A stretch of DNA of 64,000 nt from a virus. This document shows positions 45,875-56,607 of the stretch, in pieces; position 1 is the stretch's first letter, and every line of letters starts with the position of its first letter. The notes beneath the pieces were generated by a model. That model was not told the origin of the DNA and made no database searches. It was given only the letters and a program-made list of their open reading frames with translations. Position numbers and translations under genes: made by a program. The stretch is taken from positions 114,488-178,487 of the IMG/VR virus record IMGVR_UViG_3300009103_001934. One strand, written 5' to 3'.

Positions 45875-46264
45875 ATGAGTACCAAGAAAACAACGAAAAA
45901 GACCAAGGCCTCTGAGAAGAAACTCAAAGTAAAAGAGATGTCTCAAACTCACGGAATGGTTGAAGGGAAAAAGTATGAGCCCACGACCTTGGATCAAGTA
46001 TGGGGCGATGATGGACTGTCGAAATATCAAACGATGGACGCGGCCGAATACGAGAGCAAAGTTGAAAATATGCCTTTAGCGGACCTTAAGGAAGAGGCTA
46101 TAAGAGTAGGTCTTTTGCCTGTGGATAATGCAGAAATGCTGAAAGAAAGATTACTTAGGCAGTTTAATGTCCATATTAGTTCTTATCGTAAGCCGGTGGA
46201 AAATCCCCAACAAGCTCATAAGGTAAGCCCGGAAATAAATAAAATCCTTAAGGAAGGTAGATAG
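45875..46264 (+). CDS. Conserved hypothetical protein
   Basis: TTLDQVWGDDG...GLLPVDN...LLRQF. Confidence 0.75.
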   Translation: MSTKKTTKKTKASEKKLKVKEMSQTHGMVEGKKYEPTTLDQVWGDDGLSKYQTMDAAEYESKVENMPLADLKEEAIRVGLLPVDNAEMLKERLLRQFNVHISSYRKPVENPQQAHKVSPEINKILKEGR

Positions 46265-46308
46265 TTACAATAATATCTCAAATACAGGTGTAATATTAGT
46301 TAGATATT

Positions 46309-46677
46309 ATGCCTGTAAATTATAATTTAGATATAACCCAAGGTTCTAGTTTTTCTGCTCAGCTTTTCGCAAAAAATTCTGACGGTACAGCTGTCGACTT
46401 AAATGGATACTCACTTAGCGGCGTAATGAAATATAATTACGGTACGGGAGCTAGCTTGGTCGATCTTTCTCCAACCATAAATCTCGGCGCTAATTCTCTT
46501 GGTCAAACAAATACTGCCGCCAGCGGTGTGGTAGATATAAGTTTAACTCATGCCCAAACCTCCACTCTTCCTGTTACTATGGCCGTATATGACGTTGAGA
46601 TGTACAACGCGAATTTTACAGAAGTAAGAAAATTACTAGATGGAAGGGTTACCGTACATCCTGAAGTTACGAGATAA
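46309..46677 (+). CDS. BppU-like baseplate/fibre-adaptor protein
   Basis: YNLDITQGSSF, AVDLNGY, AVYDVEM, LLDGRVTVHPEVTR. Confidence 0.7.
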   Translation: MPVNYNLDITQGSSFSAQLFAKNSDGTAVDLNGYSLSGVMKYNYGTGASLVDLSPTINLGANSLGQTNTAASGVVDISLTHAQTSTLPVTMAVYDVEMYNANFTEVRKLLDGRVTVHPEVTR

Positions 46678-46683
46678 AGGTGA

Positions 46684-47763
46684 ATGTCAGATCAGAATTA
46701 CAAAGTTGACGTCGTACTCTCTGGTGCACAACAAACCAGCGTAGTCGTTGGTGGACCACCCTCAGTTAACGTCTCCGTGGGAGGAGCATCGAGTACCTCT
46801 GTTCAACAAGGCGCGACGAGTGCCTCGGTTTTATCAACCACACCAACCGCACACCCGACTGTAGGATTTGTGGGCGTACAAGGCCCCCCGGGAGAAATGG
46901 TATTCGCCAAGGGGGATCACGGTCAAATACAATATAATAGGCTGGGTTATATATCTGGCGTATCAAATTTTTTCTTTTATCCTGAAGCAAATAATTTATA
47001 TTTAAGCGGGGGATTGTTGTCTTCAAGAGGGGGTAAGTTTCAAATAACTGGTCTAGCTGTAGACACTGGAGCCTTTTTATTAAGGGATCCCGGAAATGAT
47101 AAAAATTTATTTAAAATAGATACAACTAATAAAAGAATCTCTATATCAGATACAACTACGGCTAATGAATATTATGTAGGAATAGGAACTGGGGTCGCTC
47201 GAGAGAGACTCCATGTCGCAGGAGGTAACTTAAGGGTCGATGGGGATATAGTTTTAGGGGGTAATATAGTCCCAACAGAAAGCGGTATTTATAACTTGGG
47301 CTCGCCCACTAGGCCTTTTAAAGAATTATATATTGAGGGGGATTCTATTCATTTTGTGAATTCTCAATCGAAAATTTCTGCCAGTTCAGATGGATTTGCG
47401 TTTACTACCCAAGAGGACGATGGTACACAAAAAGTACTTTTTCAGGTGACAAATGAAGGCGTGCATGCTGATGGATCTCTAATTACTGGCGTACCGTATA
47501 CTGGATTGAGAGACGGTGGAGCCTATTTGTCTTTTGACGTCCCAGATAAGGCGGCTAGTTTAGAAATAGATTACGGAAAAACTCTTAATTATGACCCACA
47601 AGTCCTATGCGATTTGGAGCCTCCACAGGGAAAAAATGAAATTTATTTTACGTCAGTACATAATGTAGAAAGAACTGGCTGTAACGTGTTCTTTAGTAAT
47701 AAAATCAGCGGAAATGGTTATATTTTGAATTGTCACGTGGGACCGAGGAATCCGCTTTTCTAG
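46684..47763 (+). CDS. Tail-fibre-like protein
   Basis: VGIGTGVARERLHVAGG, GNIVP...YNLGSP; C-terminal H-type-lectin-like segment. Confidence 0.7.
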   Translation: MSDQNYKVDVVLSGAQQTSVVVGGPPSVNVSVGGASSTSVQQGATSASVLSTTPTAHPTVGFVGVQGPPGEMVFAKGDHGQIQYNRLGYISGVSNFFFYPEANNLYLSGGLLSSRGGKFQITGLAVDTGAFLLRDPGNDKNLFKIDTTNKRISISDTTTANEYYVGIGTGVARERLHVAGGNLRVDGDIVLGGNIVPTESGIYNLGSPTRPFKELYIEGDSIHFVNSQSKISASSDGFAFTTQEDDGTQKVLFQVTNEGVHADGSLITGVPYTGLRDGGAYLSFDVPDKAASLEIDYGKTLNYDPQVLCDLEPPQGKNEIYFTSVHNVERTGCNVFFSNKISGNGYILNCHVGPRNPLF

Positions 47764-47814
47764 TCTATTTCTTTTTTATCTGGTGTATTTAATAGATAGG
47801 AGCTTTATAGGACC

Positions 47815-49629
47815 ATGCCATCAAAAACATTTTCAGTAGAACAATTAAGACTTAACGATAGGTTGCTTACGGGTAGTGCTGAGGGCCTATTTATCGACGG
47901 ACAACAGCTTGCGGTAGGAAGCTCTGCCGTACCATTAGCTAGAAAGATCTATGCCGGTAACGCCCTTAAGATTCAAGGTGCGCAAGGTACAGCTTGGTCT
48001 GATTTAAGTCTTGATGTTACTATCGATGTTGATCTCCCAGATCCAGTAGGCACGAATAATGGTGTGGGCGCACTTGGAATTGACGGAAATGATCAACTTT
48101 ACGTCGTAGATCAGGGTATTAATAAGGACATGTTGTCCACCAATATTTGGGGATTAGGCCTCGAAGGTGGAGGAGGTAATGTTGTTAACATCGGTCCCGG
48201 CTCTGGTCTTTCTGCTCAAGACAATCATGTTGATATTGATGTAGGTGGCGTTACTGACGACATGCTCGCCGGCAGCATTTCTGACGGTAAGCTCGCTACT
48301 ATTACCGCTGGGGGTAAAGTGGCTGGTTCGGCAGTTCAGTTAAATGCGGGCGGGACTATTGCGGATGATTCGGGACTAAAAGTAGCAGCAAATAAAATTG
48401 GCAAACTTCACTTGACGACCGACGTTGCCGGTGACGGTTTAGCCGGAGGAAATGATACGGCGCTTTCTGTCGGTGCGGGATCCGGTCTTTATGTTCAAGC
48501 AGGCGCGGACACAGTAAACATTAATGTAGGTGGCGTAACTAATGATATGCTCGCCGGTAGCATTCAAGACAATAAGCTTAATCAAATTGTTACCGCAAAT
48601 AAAGTCGCTGGTTCCTCAGTCGAACTCCACGATAAGGATGGAGCCTCTCAAAGTATTTCTGATGATAACGGACTTGAAGTTAAAGCAGGTAGTATTAAAT
48701 CAGTACACCTTTCTTCGTCGAACCTTCTCGGAGTAGGCCTTAATGGCGGAAATAATACAGATATTTACGTCGGCGCTGGTTCCGGTATTCACGTTGAAGG
48801 CGGAGAAGTTCATTTAAATAACACGGGAGTTACTACAGCAAAAATTGTAGATCTTGCAGTCACATCAGCAAAACTTGCTGGTAGTATTCCGATGGCTAAA
48901 ACGAACTTCTCCGACGGTAACGGTTTAGTTTTATCTACCGCTGGTAATGTTGACACATTAGATATCGTGGCAGGAACGGGTATCCTCGTTAACGCTAATG
49001 ATATTAATGTCGATACTAATGTCGTAAGAACTGACTCGGACGTGACTCAGACTTTAGAAGGTAATTATACCTTTACTAATTCACTTCTGCTTAGCTCAGG
49101 CATTACGATTGCAGGAGACCTAACGGTAAGAGGGCAAACTGTAATTACAGAGCAAAATCAAGTTAACATCGGCGATAATATTATCGTACTTAATTCTGAT
49201 TTTGTAGGTAATGATCCGCCCGACGCGGGCATAGAAGTTTATCGCGATAATGCTGCAGGCGGAGACGCTTCACTTATCTTTGATGACGACACTTTAGCCT
49301 CCGCTGGCGGAGATGTCTGGAAAGCTGGCTTCAAGGGATCCGAGCAGATGATCCATACCGCAAAAACCATGCGGACATATTCAAAGATAGTCAAATCTGG
49401 CCTTACTCGAGAAAGCGTCCTATTTGGCTATACTTTCACTGCCGTTCCAAATGTGGTCGTTTCTTTGCAAAATACCACTACCGAACTGGAGCCCAGCAGA
49501 GAGCCTGACTTAATGGCTATGTTGGTAACGACAGTAAATACTACTGGGTTTAATGTTGATTTCTCTTGTCCGGTAGATGGAGATAGTTATTACATTAAAG
49601 CCTTCGTTGAGGGGGGAGCAATCTACTAA
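47815..49629 (+). CDS. Long tail-fibre protein with internal repeats
   Basis: Repeated GVTDDMLAGSI/GAGSGL units; C-terminal FTAVPNVVVS...TTTGFNV. Confidence 0.75.
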   Translation: MPSKTFSVEQLRLNDRLLTGSAEGLFIDGQQLAVGSSAVPLARKIYAGNALKIQGAQGTAWSDLSLDVTIDVDLPDPVGTNNGVGALGIDGNDQLYVVDQGINKDMLSTNIWGLGLEGGGGNVVNIGPGSGLSAQDNHVDIDVGGVTDDMLAGSISDGKLATITAGGKVAGSAVQLNAGGTIADDSGLKVAANKIGKLHLTTDVAGDGLAGGNDTALSVGAGSGLYVQAGADTVNINVGGVTNDMLAGSIQDNKLNQIVTANKVAGSSVELHDKDGASQSISDDNGLEVKAGSIKSVHLSSSNLLGVGLNGGNNTDIYVGAGSGIHVEGGEVHLNNTGVTTAKIVDLAVTSAKLAGSIPMAKTNFSDGNGLVLSTAGNVDTLDIVAGTGILVNANDINVDTNVVRTDSDVTQTLEGNYTFTNSLLLSSGITIAGDLTVRGQTVITEQNQVNIGDNIIVLNSDFVGNDPPDAGIEVYRDNAAGGDASLIFDDDTLASAGGDVWKAGFKGSEQMIHTAKTMRTYSKIVKSGLTRESVLFGYTFTAVPNVVVSLQNTTTELEPSREPDLMAMLVTTVNTTGFNVDFSCPVDGDSYYIKAFVEGGAIY

Positions 49630-49642
49630 AATATTGGGAATA

Positions 49643-49685
49643 AAAGCCTCCTTACCCCCCGTTTTCGGAACGGGGGGTTTTTTTA
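49643..49685 (+). terminator. Rho-independent terminator
   Basis: ACCCCCCGTT-TTCGG-AACGGGGGGT followed by T tract. Confidence 0.8.
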
Positions 49686-49737
49686 TATTTACATTTCTTA
49701 CCATTTAAAAATATAATAACTGAGGTATTTTACGTGT

Positions 49738-50094
49738 ATGGCTGACGAAAGAACATGGAACAAAAAGAAGAAAATAGAGGAAATAGCCAACTATATTATA
49801 AATAATATTACCATGGCTGAAGTTACCCATATTTTGATAGAAAGAGCCACGGAAACAGCAACAGAAATAGTAGAAAATGATTTGCCAGCAGAGGAGTATA
49901 GGGCGATCATCTTTTACAAGAAAAAAAGGAAAAAAAATAACTCTAAATTAATTAATAATATCAAAAACTCAGTTAACTCATTTTGGAGTACTGTAAAGTC
50001 AAAATTTACTAAAAAAGAAGAAGATCCATTATCTAAATTAATTAAACGAGACGGATTCACCACCAAGAAGACAAGAGACGAAGATGGCACATAG
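49738..50094 (+). CDS. Basic hypothetical protein
   Basis: 118-aa ORF. Confidence 0.65.
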   Translation: MADERTWNKKKKIEEIANYIINNITMAEVTHILIERATETATEIVENDLPAEEYRAIIFYKKKRKKNNSKLINNIKNSVNSFWSTVKSKFTKKEEDPLSKLIKRDGFTTKKTRDEDGT

Positions 50095-51103
50095 AAAAAA
50101 TTTATTTTTAGGTAACATTCTCGGCGCTACGGGACCCACAGGGCCTTCGGGGCCGACCGGGCCCTCGGGGCCGAGCGGAGCCACGGGACCTGCGGGAGGT
50201 CCCACGGGCCCTACCGGGCCGACCGGGGCCACGGGACCTATTGGTCCGACAGGCGTTCGAGGCGTTTCGGGTTATGGATTCGTTACTTCTTCCAGCGACT
50301 CCATAGACCTTGATGCCGCTTCCCTTGGTACATCAATAACAAAAAACATAGAGTCAGGATTAGCGTACCAAGCGGGCACGAGGATAAGATTCTCAAGCGA
50401 GAATTCTTCTGACTGCTTTTTTGAAGGAAAGGTACTTTCTTATACGCCCGCATCTGAAAACATTACTCTTTATATAGATTATATAAAGGGCACGTGCGCA
50501 GACGCGCAGTGGAATGTTAACCTAGCGGGAGAAGTGGGAGCGACGGGCCCTGAAGGGGCGACCGGGCCCGATGGAAGAATACTCAATACAAATTATGATA
50601 AACAATTAACATATAATGATAATGGCTCGTTAAGTTATGCGGGAGGAGTATATGATAAGAGTAATGAATATTTTGCGCTAGGTCATTTATCTCCAGAATG
50701 TATTTTAGATGTAAGTGGTAATTCAAAATTCAGAGGAAACGTAAATATTACTGGAAACTTATATGTTTCTGGACTAGGAGAATTAATTGTCGATGACTTG
50801 GCTGTTGCTCAACATAACACGGCTACTTCTGGTTACTTGGTTACAGATCCGGACAACACTGGCGTATCGATTAAATGTATTGTACCCAAAATAGAATATG
50901 AAGAATTTACGGGAGATGGAATGATCAGTGAATTTATTTTGTCTACGGCCTGCAAAGGTCCGGAGTGGCTCATCATATGGGATAGTTACGCTGGAACCCC
51001 TCGTTCTCCTACTGAATATAGTGTTAATGGGTCAACGATAACTTTTCTTGATCAACAATCTTTACCCATGGGCAAATTAACCGTTAGGCATATTATACTG
51101 TAA
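50084..51103 (+). CDS. Collagen-like fibre protein 1
   Basis: FLGNILG followed by (G-P/A-T/S)n. Confidence 0.85.
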   Translation: MAHRKNLFLGNILGATGPTGPSGPTGPSGPSGATGPAGGPTGPTGPTGATGPIGPTGVRGVSGYGFVTSSSDSIDLDAASLGTSITKNIESGLAYQAGTRIRFSSENSSDCFFEGKVLSYTPASENITLYIDYIKGTCADAQWNVNLAGEVGATGPEGATGPDGRILNTNYDKQLTYNDNGSLSYAGGVYDKSNEYFALGHLSPECILDVSGNSKFRGNVNITGNLYVSGLGELIVDDLAVAQHNTATSGYLVTDPDNTGVSIKCIVPKIEYEEFTGDGMISEFILSTACKGPEWLIIWDSYAGTPRSPTEYSVNGSTITFLDQQSLPMGKLTVRHIIL

Positions 51104-52995
51104 TGGCAAAAAAAATATTCAGAGCAGAAAAAATAAAAGCCGATGAAATATGCGGGATAACTGGTAATTTTGTCGTTGATGGTAATGTAATAGCTAGCGG
51201 GGGATATGTACACGCTCAGACATATGTAAGCGGAGCTACTGGATATTTCGGAACTCTCCACGCAGATAATTTTGAACAAAATCAAGACTTAGTTTACGCT
51301 TTTAGATTCGGAGGACCCCCGATAAATGTGCCGAGTAGGCTCCCAGTTATGACCGCTACGGGTTTGAGGCTAACCGGTTGCGGCCCCGGGCAAGAAGCTC
51401 TTCCCGCTAACGGACACGTACCATATTGGTGTGATGTGTCAGAAGATCAATCTACATGGCCTGTTACTTTTGGGTTTACTGGCCTAGCTTCAGGACACAA
51501 TTTAGTTTTCGTAGAAGATCCCAGTTCATTTCCAATTGGAGAACACATTATAATTAACCCCGGAGGATTATATGGAGACGGCATTCCTCAAGAAGAGCAT
51601 ACAGTTATAGATTCAACTTATTATTGGCCCACAGGCTGTTGTAACTCTCAGGTTAGTGGATACTATAACGCCGGAAACGACGGCATATTGCATACCGATA
51701 CCATAAGTGGCGGTTATAATTTTATTAAAGGAGATCACGTAAAAATTTCAGGCTCAGAAACGGTATATACTATTACTCAAACTGGGTCGAGCGTAACAGA
51801 AGGAATTAGAACTTTAGATTTTGCTCCGGTCTTACAAGAAAATGCTTTAGACAGCGGATGCATATGCTTGGTTCAACCCACGCTACTTTTAGAAGATAAA
51901 TTACAAAATGATTATCCAACGGGAACGAAAATAGCAAACGTATTTCCTAGGACAAGCACTACGGTAGCAAAAGATAGCTGCCTGCTTAATCTTGATGGGC
52001 ATCTTGATCCTTGGTATTCAAACGCAGACCCCTATTGGGATAAGACTGTGTTAATTTTACAGTCTACCGGAGCTCATGGATCTATTAAGTTCTGTGATTC
52101 GTCTCCAGTTCTTCATTTAGTAACAGGTTTTGGAGACGTACATCAATCAAATGTACAAAGTAAATTTGGACATTCTATCTACTTCGATGGGAATGGAGAC
52201 TATTTAACTATCGGCGAAGACTCTGCGGGTTCTTTAGACCTTGACGCTAATCCATTCGCAATCGAATTTTGGTTTTATACCACTGGGCACAATTATATTG
52301 ATCCTATTACGTTATTACCTTCTTCTGGGACAATTTTATCAAAGGGATCAGTGGGTACAGATCTTTATGAAGACTTTAGTGTATTCTACGGCTCTGGCGA
52401 AAAAATTCACGTTCATGGATTAAATCAGGCCAATAGCGGGTTGGCCGCGGTATCAACGAACACCCTTGCTCTGGACACGTGGCATCATATTGCTATAGTA
52501 AGGGAGGACGCTACGCCTAATCAGATGAAGCTATACGTTAATGGTTCTGAAGAGGCCGCTTGGGCGAAAACTAATACAGTATATAATAGCACAAGGCCCC
52601 TTTACGTAGGCAAAAATGAATACAACTTAGATCAACCAACTGATTATTTTAAAGGGTACGTAGAAGAAGTAAGAATAACTAAGGGTGTTCCTCGTTACGA
52701 AGATAAAGATCGATTCACTACGTCAAATACTTTTGTTGTTCCGACTAGCCGGGCAGCCATGCCTCCGTTCAATAAGTATGTCGCGGCTAATTATGGGTGT
52801 ATAAATCAAATATGCTATAATACCCAATATTTATATTTAGAGACTTTTACTGGAATGGGGAGGTGGATGGCGACGGGCTATAGAGAGTGGTTCGTGGGAG
52901 AGTCCGGCATCGAAGTTCACATAACTGGCGCCCCTCATGGAACGGTTATCCCTAATATATTAACTCTCTCATACCCACACAATTTACCAACTTAA
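51103..52995 (+). CDS. LamG/ConA-like domain protein
   Basis: SKFGHSIYFDGNGDYL, FAIEFW, WHHIAIVR, LYVNG, YVEEVRITKG. Confidence 0.85.
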   Translation: MAKKIFRAEKIKADEICGITGNFVVDGNVIASGGYVHAQTYVSGATGYFGTLHADNFEQNQDLVYAFRFGGPPINVPSRLPVMTATGLRLTGCGPGQEALPANGHVPYWCDVSEDQSTWPVTFGFTGLASGHNLVFVEDPSSFPIGEHIIINPGGLYGDGIPQEEHTVIDSTYYWPTGCCNSQVSGYYNAGNDGILHTDTISGGYNFIKGDHVKISGSETVYTITQTGSSVTEGIRTLDFAPVLQENALDSGCICLVQPTLLLEDKLQNDYPTGTKIANVFPRTSTTVAKDSCLLNLDGHLDPWYSNADPYWDKTVLILQSTGAHGSIKFCDSSPVLHLVTGFGDVHQSNVQSKFGHSIYFDGNGDYLTIGEDSAGSLDLDANPFAIEFWFYTTGHNYIDPITLLPSSGTILSKGSVGTDLYEDFSVFYGSGEKIHVHGLNQANSGLAAVSTNTLALDTWHHIAIVREDATPNQMKLYVNGSEEAAWAKTNTVYNSTRPLYVGKNEYNLDQPTDYFKGYVEEVRITKGVPRYEDKDRFTTSNTFVVPTSRAAMPPFNKYVAANYGCINQICYNTQYLYLETFTGMGRWMATGYREWFVGESGIEVHITGAPHGTVIPNILTLSYPHNLPT

Positions 52996-52996
52996 T

Positions 52997-53929
52997 ATGG
53001 CTAATTTATATCTAGGTAACATTCTCGGAGCCACCGGTCCTACGGGCCCAAGCGGCCCTGTAGGGCCTTCCGGGGTCACGGGGGCTACGGGCCCAGCGGG
53101 CTCTCCCGGAGGCGCCACAGGGCCTTCTGGGGCCACTGGAGCCACAGGACCGAGCGGGCCAGCAGCGCCTTTATGTAATGGAACATCTGTGGATTATCTT
53201 GATCTACTAAGTGACACAACATCAGTTGGATCTACTGTTAGTCTAACGACCCAATTAGACAAATGTTGGACAGTCGGCCAACACGTTATGATTACGTCTA
53301 ATGCTGATAATAGTCAATTTTTGGTGGGATCCATAGTTTCTTATATAAATTATACTCTTACGCTTGACATCGTATATCGACAGGGAATAGTCAATCACAA
53401 CTCTTGGCTTATTAATCTTAGTGGTCCCGTAGGCGCAACTGGGCCCGTGGGAGTAGCTATAGCTGTTGATGCAGACACAATCAATTATTTTTCGGATGAT
53501 ATAGCGGGTGGATATCTCTGGACTGGAACTTGCGGTATCAGTGGGAACGATTTTAACGCTATTGATGACACCTCAAGTACGGCTTTCGCTGTTTCTTTTT
53601 CTGGAGATAACGGGGTCAGCCTTAATCCTGTCTTAAAAATAAATTACCAAGGAAATAGAACAATAATTAATAAATATTATCTTCATTTAGGTAGTGATGA
53701 AGATGTAAAATATGCGCCGAAGTATTGGCATATTGAAGCCTCAAACGATGATACTATTTGGACCACTTTGGATACAAGAGCAAATCAAAATTTTATAATA
53801 GGAAAATTTAATTATAATTTCGCTAACGGAGATCAGTATCAATATTATAGAATGAGTTTATTATCTGGAGAAGAAACTGTATATCATAAAGCTAGAATAA
53901 GTCATTTAGATTTTGTAACACAACAATAA
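52997..53929 (+). CDS. Collagen-like fibre protein 2 with C-terminal F5/8C (discoidin)-like domain
   Basis: YLGNILG plus collagen; APKYWHIEASNDDTIWTTLD...YQYYR. Confidence 0.85.
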   Translation: MANLYLGNILGATGPTGPSGPVGPSGVTGATGPAGSPGGATGPSGATGATGPSGPAAPLCNGTSVDYLDLLSDTTSVGSTVSLTTQLDKCWTVGQHVMITSNADNSQFLVGSIVSYINYTLTLDIVYRQGIVNHNSWLINLSGPVGATGPVGVAIAVDADTINYFSDDIAGGYLWTGTCGISGNDFNAIDDTSSTAFAVSFSGDNGVSLNPVLKINYQGNRTIINKYYLHLGSDEDVKYAPKYWHIEASNDDTIWTTLDTRANQNFIIGKFNYNFANGDQYQYYRMSLLSGEETVYHKARISHLDFVTQQ

Positions 53930-54786
53930 TGCCCGTAACACATACATATTTAGGTAATATCTTGGGAGCGACAGGGCCCACGGGGCCTTCGGGACCAACC
54001 GGGCCTTCGGGGCCGAGCGGAGCCACAGGACCTGCGGGGGGACCCACGGGCCCGACGGGCCCCTCTGGTCCTACCGGTCCCAGTGGAATTGCGCTTCTTA
54101 GTCACGGTAATACGACCGACAGTATAGATCTTTCTCATGCGTCAACCGCTGTGGGACAAACAGTTTGTGTTACTACTAATCAAGATAGGGCTTGGGGGAA
54201 CGGCGAATATATAATACTAACTTTACCGGCTGATACCTCTAACTTTTTAGTAGGGTGTGTCACTTCTTATTCGGGCACATCGCTTTGTTTCGAAGTAAAA
54301 TATCGCTCTGGAACTCAAGCTGCTGCTCTTTGGAATATTAACCCAAGCGCGGTACCGGGTCCTAGCGGACCACCGGGAGCGACTGGGCCGATTGGCATCG
54401 CTGGACCCACAGGGCCAGTTGGCGCAGCCTCTCCGCCTTCTTCTAGAGGAGCCACAAATGCTGTAATTAGTTTAGCGGGAGGAACAACAATTTTAGATTG
54501 CGGAGCTACAGAGCTTTTCAGGTGCGATCTAACATCGACCTCGACGCTTAAGCTTAATAATGCGGGTTCTGGTCAAGTTATTTACATTTTGGTTTCCTAT
54601 GCAAATGTTATGGCGGATCTTTCTTGGTCGAATCCTAGTGATGGATCTATATATTGGGAAAACGACACAATTCCATACTCCCCGAGCTTTACGGGTTATA
54701 GTAAACTATATCAATTTATTAAAATATATCACGCTACATCTAATAGTATATACTTAGCTAAGGACTTGGGAGAATTTAACATTTAG
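53929..54786 (+). CDS. Collagen-like fibre protein 3
   Basis: YLGNILG plus two collagen tracts. Confidence 0.85.
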   Translation: MPVTHTYLGNILGATGPTGPSGPTGPSGPSGATGPAGGPTGPTGPSGPTGPSGIALLSHGNTTDSIDLSHASTAVGQTVCVTTNQDRAWGNGEYIILTLPADTSNFLVGCVTSYSGTSLCFEVKYRSGTQAAALWNINPSAVPGPSGPPGATGPIGIAGPTGPVGAASPPSSRGATNAVISLAGGTTILDCGATELFRCDLTSTSTLKLNNAGSGQVIYILVSYANVMADLSWSNPSDGSIYWENDTIPYSPSFTGYSKLYQFIKIYHATSNSIYLAKDLGEFNI

Positions 54787-55900
54787 GGTATTTTTTATTA
54801 AGCCACTCTAAATTTGAGTCGGCTATTTGATAAAAGCCGTCTTCTTTTAAATTATTAATATTATTAAAATATGAACTATACATTTTACTTATAGCTCCTA
54901 GGGAGAAGTTATTTTTTGACCAATACCTACAATCTTTGGGCTTTATATCTTGTATATTTTTAATGGCCCAATAAAAATCATTCATATTTCTACAGCGATA
55001 CCCAGTAACCCCATGAAGATTATTCTCTGCAAAGCATCCCCAGTCGCTAGTAATAATAGGTGTACCACAAAGCATAGCCTCTATAGTCACTCCCCCAAAA
55101 GGTTCTATATAATGCGTGGGTAAAATAAGCGCCTTCGCGTTCTTCATTAATTCTTTTCTTTTTTCTACATCAGCATACCCAACATATTCTACATGACTGG
55201 GTGTCCTGTCGTATCCCATATCCTCCAGATTTCCCTGCCCAGCAAGGACTAACTTGTCTCCAGTTTTTTCTGTAGCCTGAATGGCTATATTTACCCCTTT
55301 AATTTCCGCTATCCTGCCGAGATATAAAACATAATCTTCTTTATTTTCTTTATACTCAAAGTCTTCGAGATCAAAATAATTTGGAATTACCGCGTCAAAC
55401 CAAGCTGGGTGGGCTACTTTATTCTCTCCGTATATCGCATGCATGACTGCATAAGATTCAAAAACTTTGTGAGGAGCAAAAGTCGCCCCCGCGTTATAAC
55501 CTATTCCGGGTTCAATTATGAAACATTTATGTCCGAATTTGTCTGCGACCGCTTGATGGCCGTTACCCCAAAAACATAATATTGCATCACCCTCTTCTAC
55601 CCTACTGTTTAATGCCTCTTCCGCTCTTCGATAAAACGTTTGGTGAGCATAATCATCCGTACCGTGTCTGAAAAACTCTTTTTTCCAATCATATTCTCCA
55701 TATGCGGTATTTAATGCTAAATCGTCTGTAACAGCAACATGTTCGTGACAAATAACCTCTGATTTTTCATGCCCATAATGTATTATTTGATAAAAAGGGC
55801 TCATCATCTTACAAAATTTAAGTACTTTTTGAGTAAAAGCGCATGATAGGTATTCTTTAGAGGTAATTGTGTGGGGAATAGCTAAAACATGTAATTTCAT
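54776..55900 (-). CDS. GT-B (family 4) glycosyltransferase
   Basis: VIPNY, YLGRIAEIKG, EPFGGVTIEAMLCGTPII (ExF-x5-E). Confidence 0.9.
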   Translation of the reverse strand: MKLHVLAIPHTITSKEYLSCAFTQKVLKFCKMMSPFYQIIHYGHEKSEVICHEHVAVTDDLALNTAYGEYDWKKEFFRHGTDDYAHQTFYRRAEEALNSRVEEGDAILCFWGNGHQAVADKFGHKCFIIEPGIGYNAGATFAPHKVFESYAVMHAIYGENKVAHPAWFDAVIPNYFDLEDFEYKENKEDYVLYLGRIAEIKGVNIAIQATEKTGDKLVLAGQGNLEDMGYDRTPSHVEYVGYADVEKRKELMKNAKALILPTHYIEPFGGVTIEAMLCGTPIITSDWGCFAENNLHGVTGYRCRNMNDFYWAIKNIQDIKPKDCRYWSKNNFSLGAISKMYSSYFNNINNLKEDGFYQIADSNLEWLNKKYPKC

Positions 55901-55973
55901 TAAAATATTTCCTAAAAAAATATATTACAAAAAAGGTCATTTTTCAAGATAATATTATTGGGATAGTCCACAT

Positions 55974-56579
55974 ATGTCACATAAAGAATCAGATGCTGCA
56001 TCTTGCAATTCTTACTTTAAATACGGAAAATCTTTTCCCGATAACGTAAGGGATGCCATTTGCGATCTTCCCGAAGTCATAGGAAGCACGGGCCCTACGG
56101 GGCCAGAAGGACCTAAGGGCTCTACGGGAGATATAGGCAATTTTAGTCCAGCTACTTTGGATGATATCTTAGCTGGAAGAAATTCTGATCCGCCGTCCTA
56201 CGTAGATGCTTCAGGCTGGTATCACGGATCTAATCAGTATGCGCCTCTCGTGCAAACTGATACTATATTAGAACAAACTTATTATCCTGACGCTTTGGAT
56301 CATAATATATTTGATTTGACCATAAGTGGCAATTGTGTTTTAGGCACTCCCGTAAACATGAAAAATGGAAGGACCATAAGCGTTGTCGTTAGACAGCACT
56401 TAGCCACACAGGGACTTAATGAATTGAATATGGATCCAGCTTATGAATTCGACGGAGGTTATAATCAGCTAACTTTAACCTCTGGAGCTAAAGACGTAAT
56501 CGTTGCGACAAAAATTAATGATTTTTATTTTTGTACTTTAGCCGTTGATATTAAAACTGGAATAAATACAGCATATTAA
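55974..56579 (+). CDS. Short-collagen fibre-associated protein
   Basis: GSTGPTGPEGPKG; C-terminal NMKNGRTISVVVRQ. Confidence 0.7.
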   Translation: MSHKESDAASCNSYFKYGKSFPDNVRDAICDLPEVIGSTGPTGPEGPKGSTGDIGNFSPATLDDILAGRNSDPPSYVDASGWYHGSNQYAPLVQTDTILEQTYYPDALDHNIFDLTISGNCVLGTPVNMKNGRTISVVVRQHLATQGLNELNMDPAYEFDGGYNQLTLTSGAKDVIVATKINDFYFCTLAVDIKTGINTAY

Positions 56580-56607
56580 TTCCGTTTAATATTGAGGTTA
56601 ATACAAA

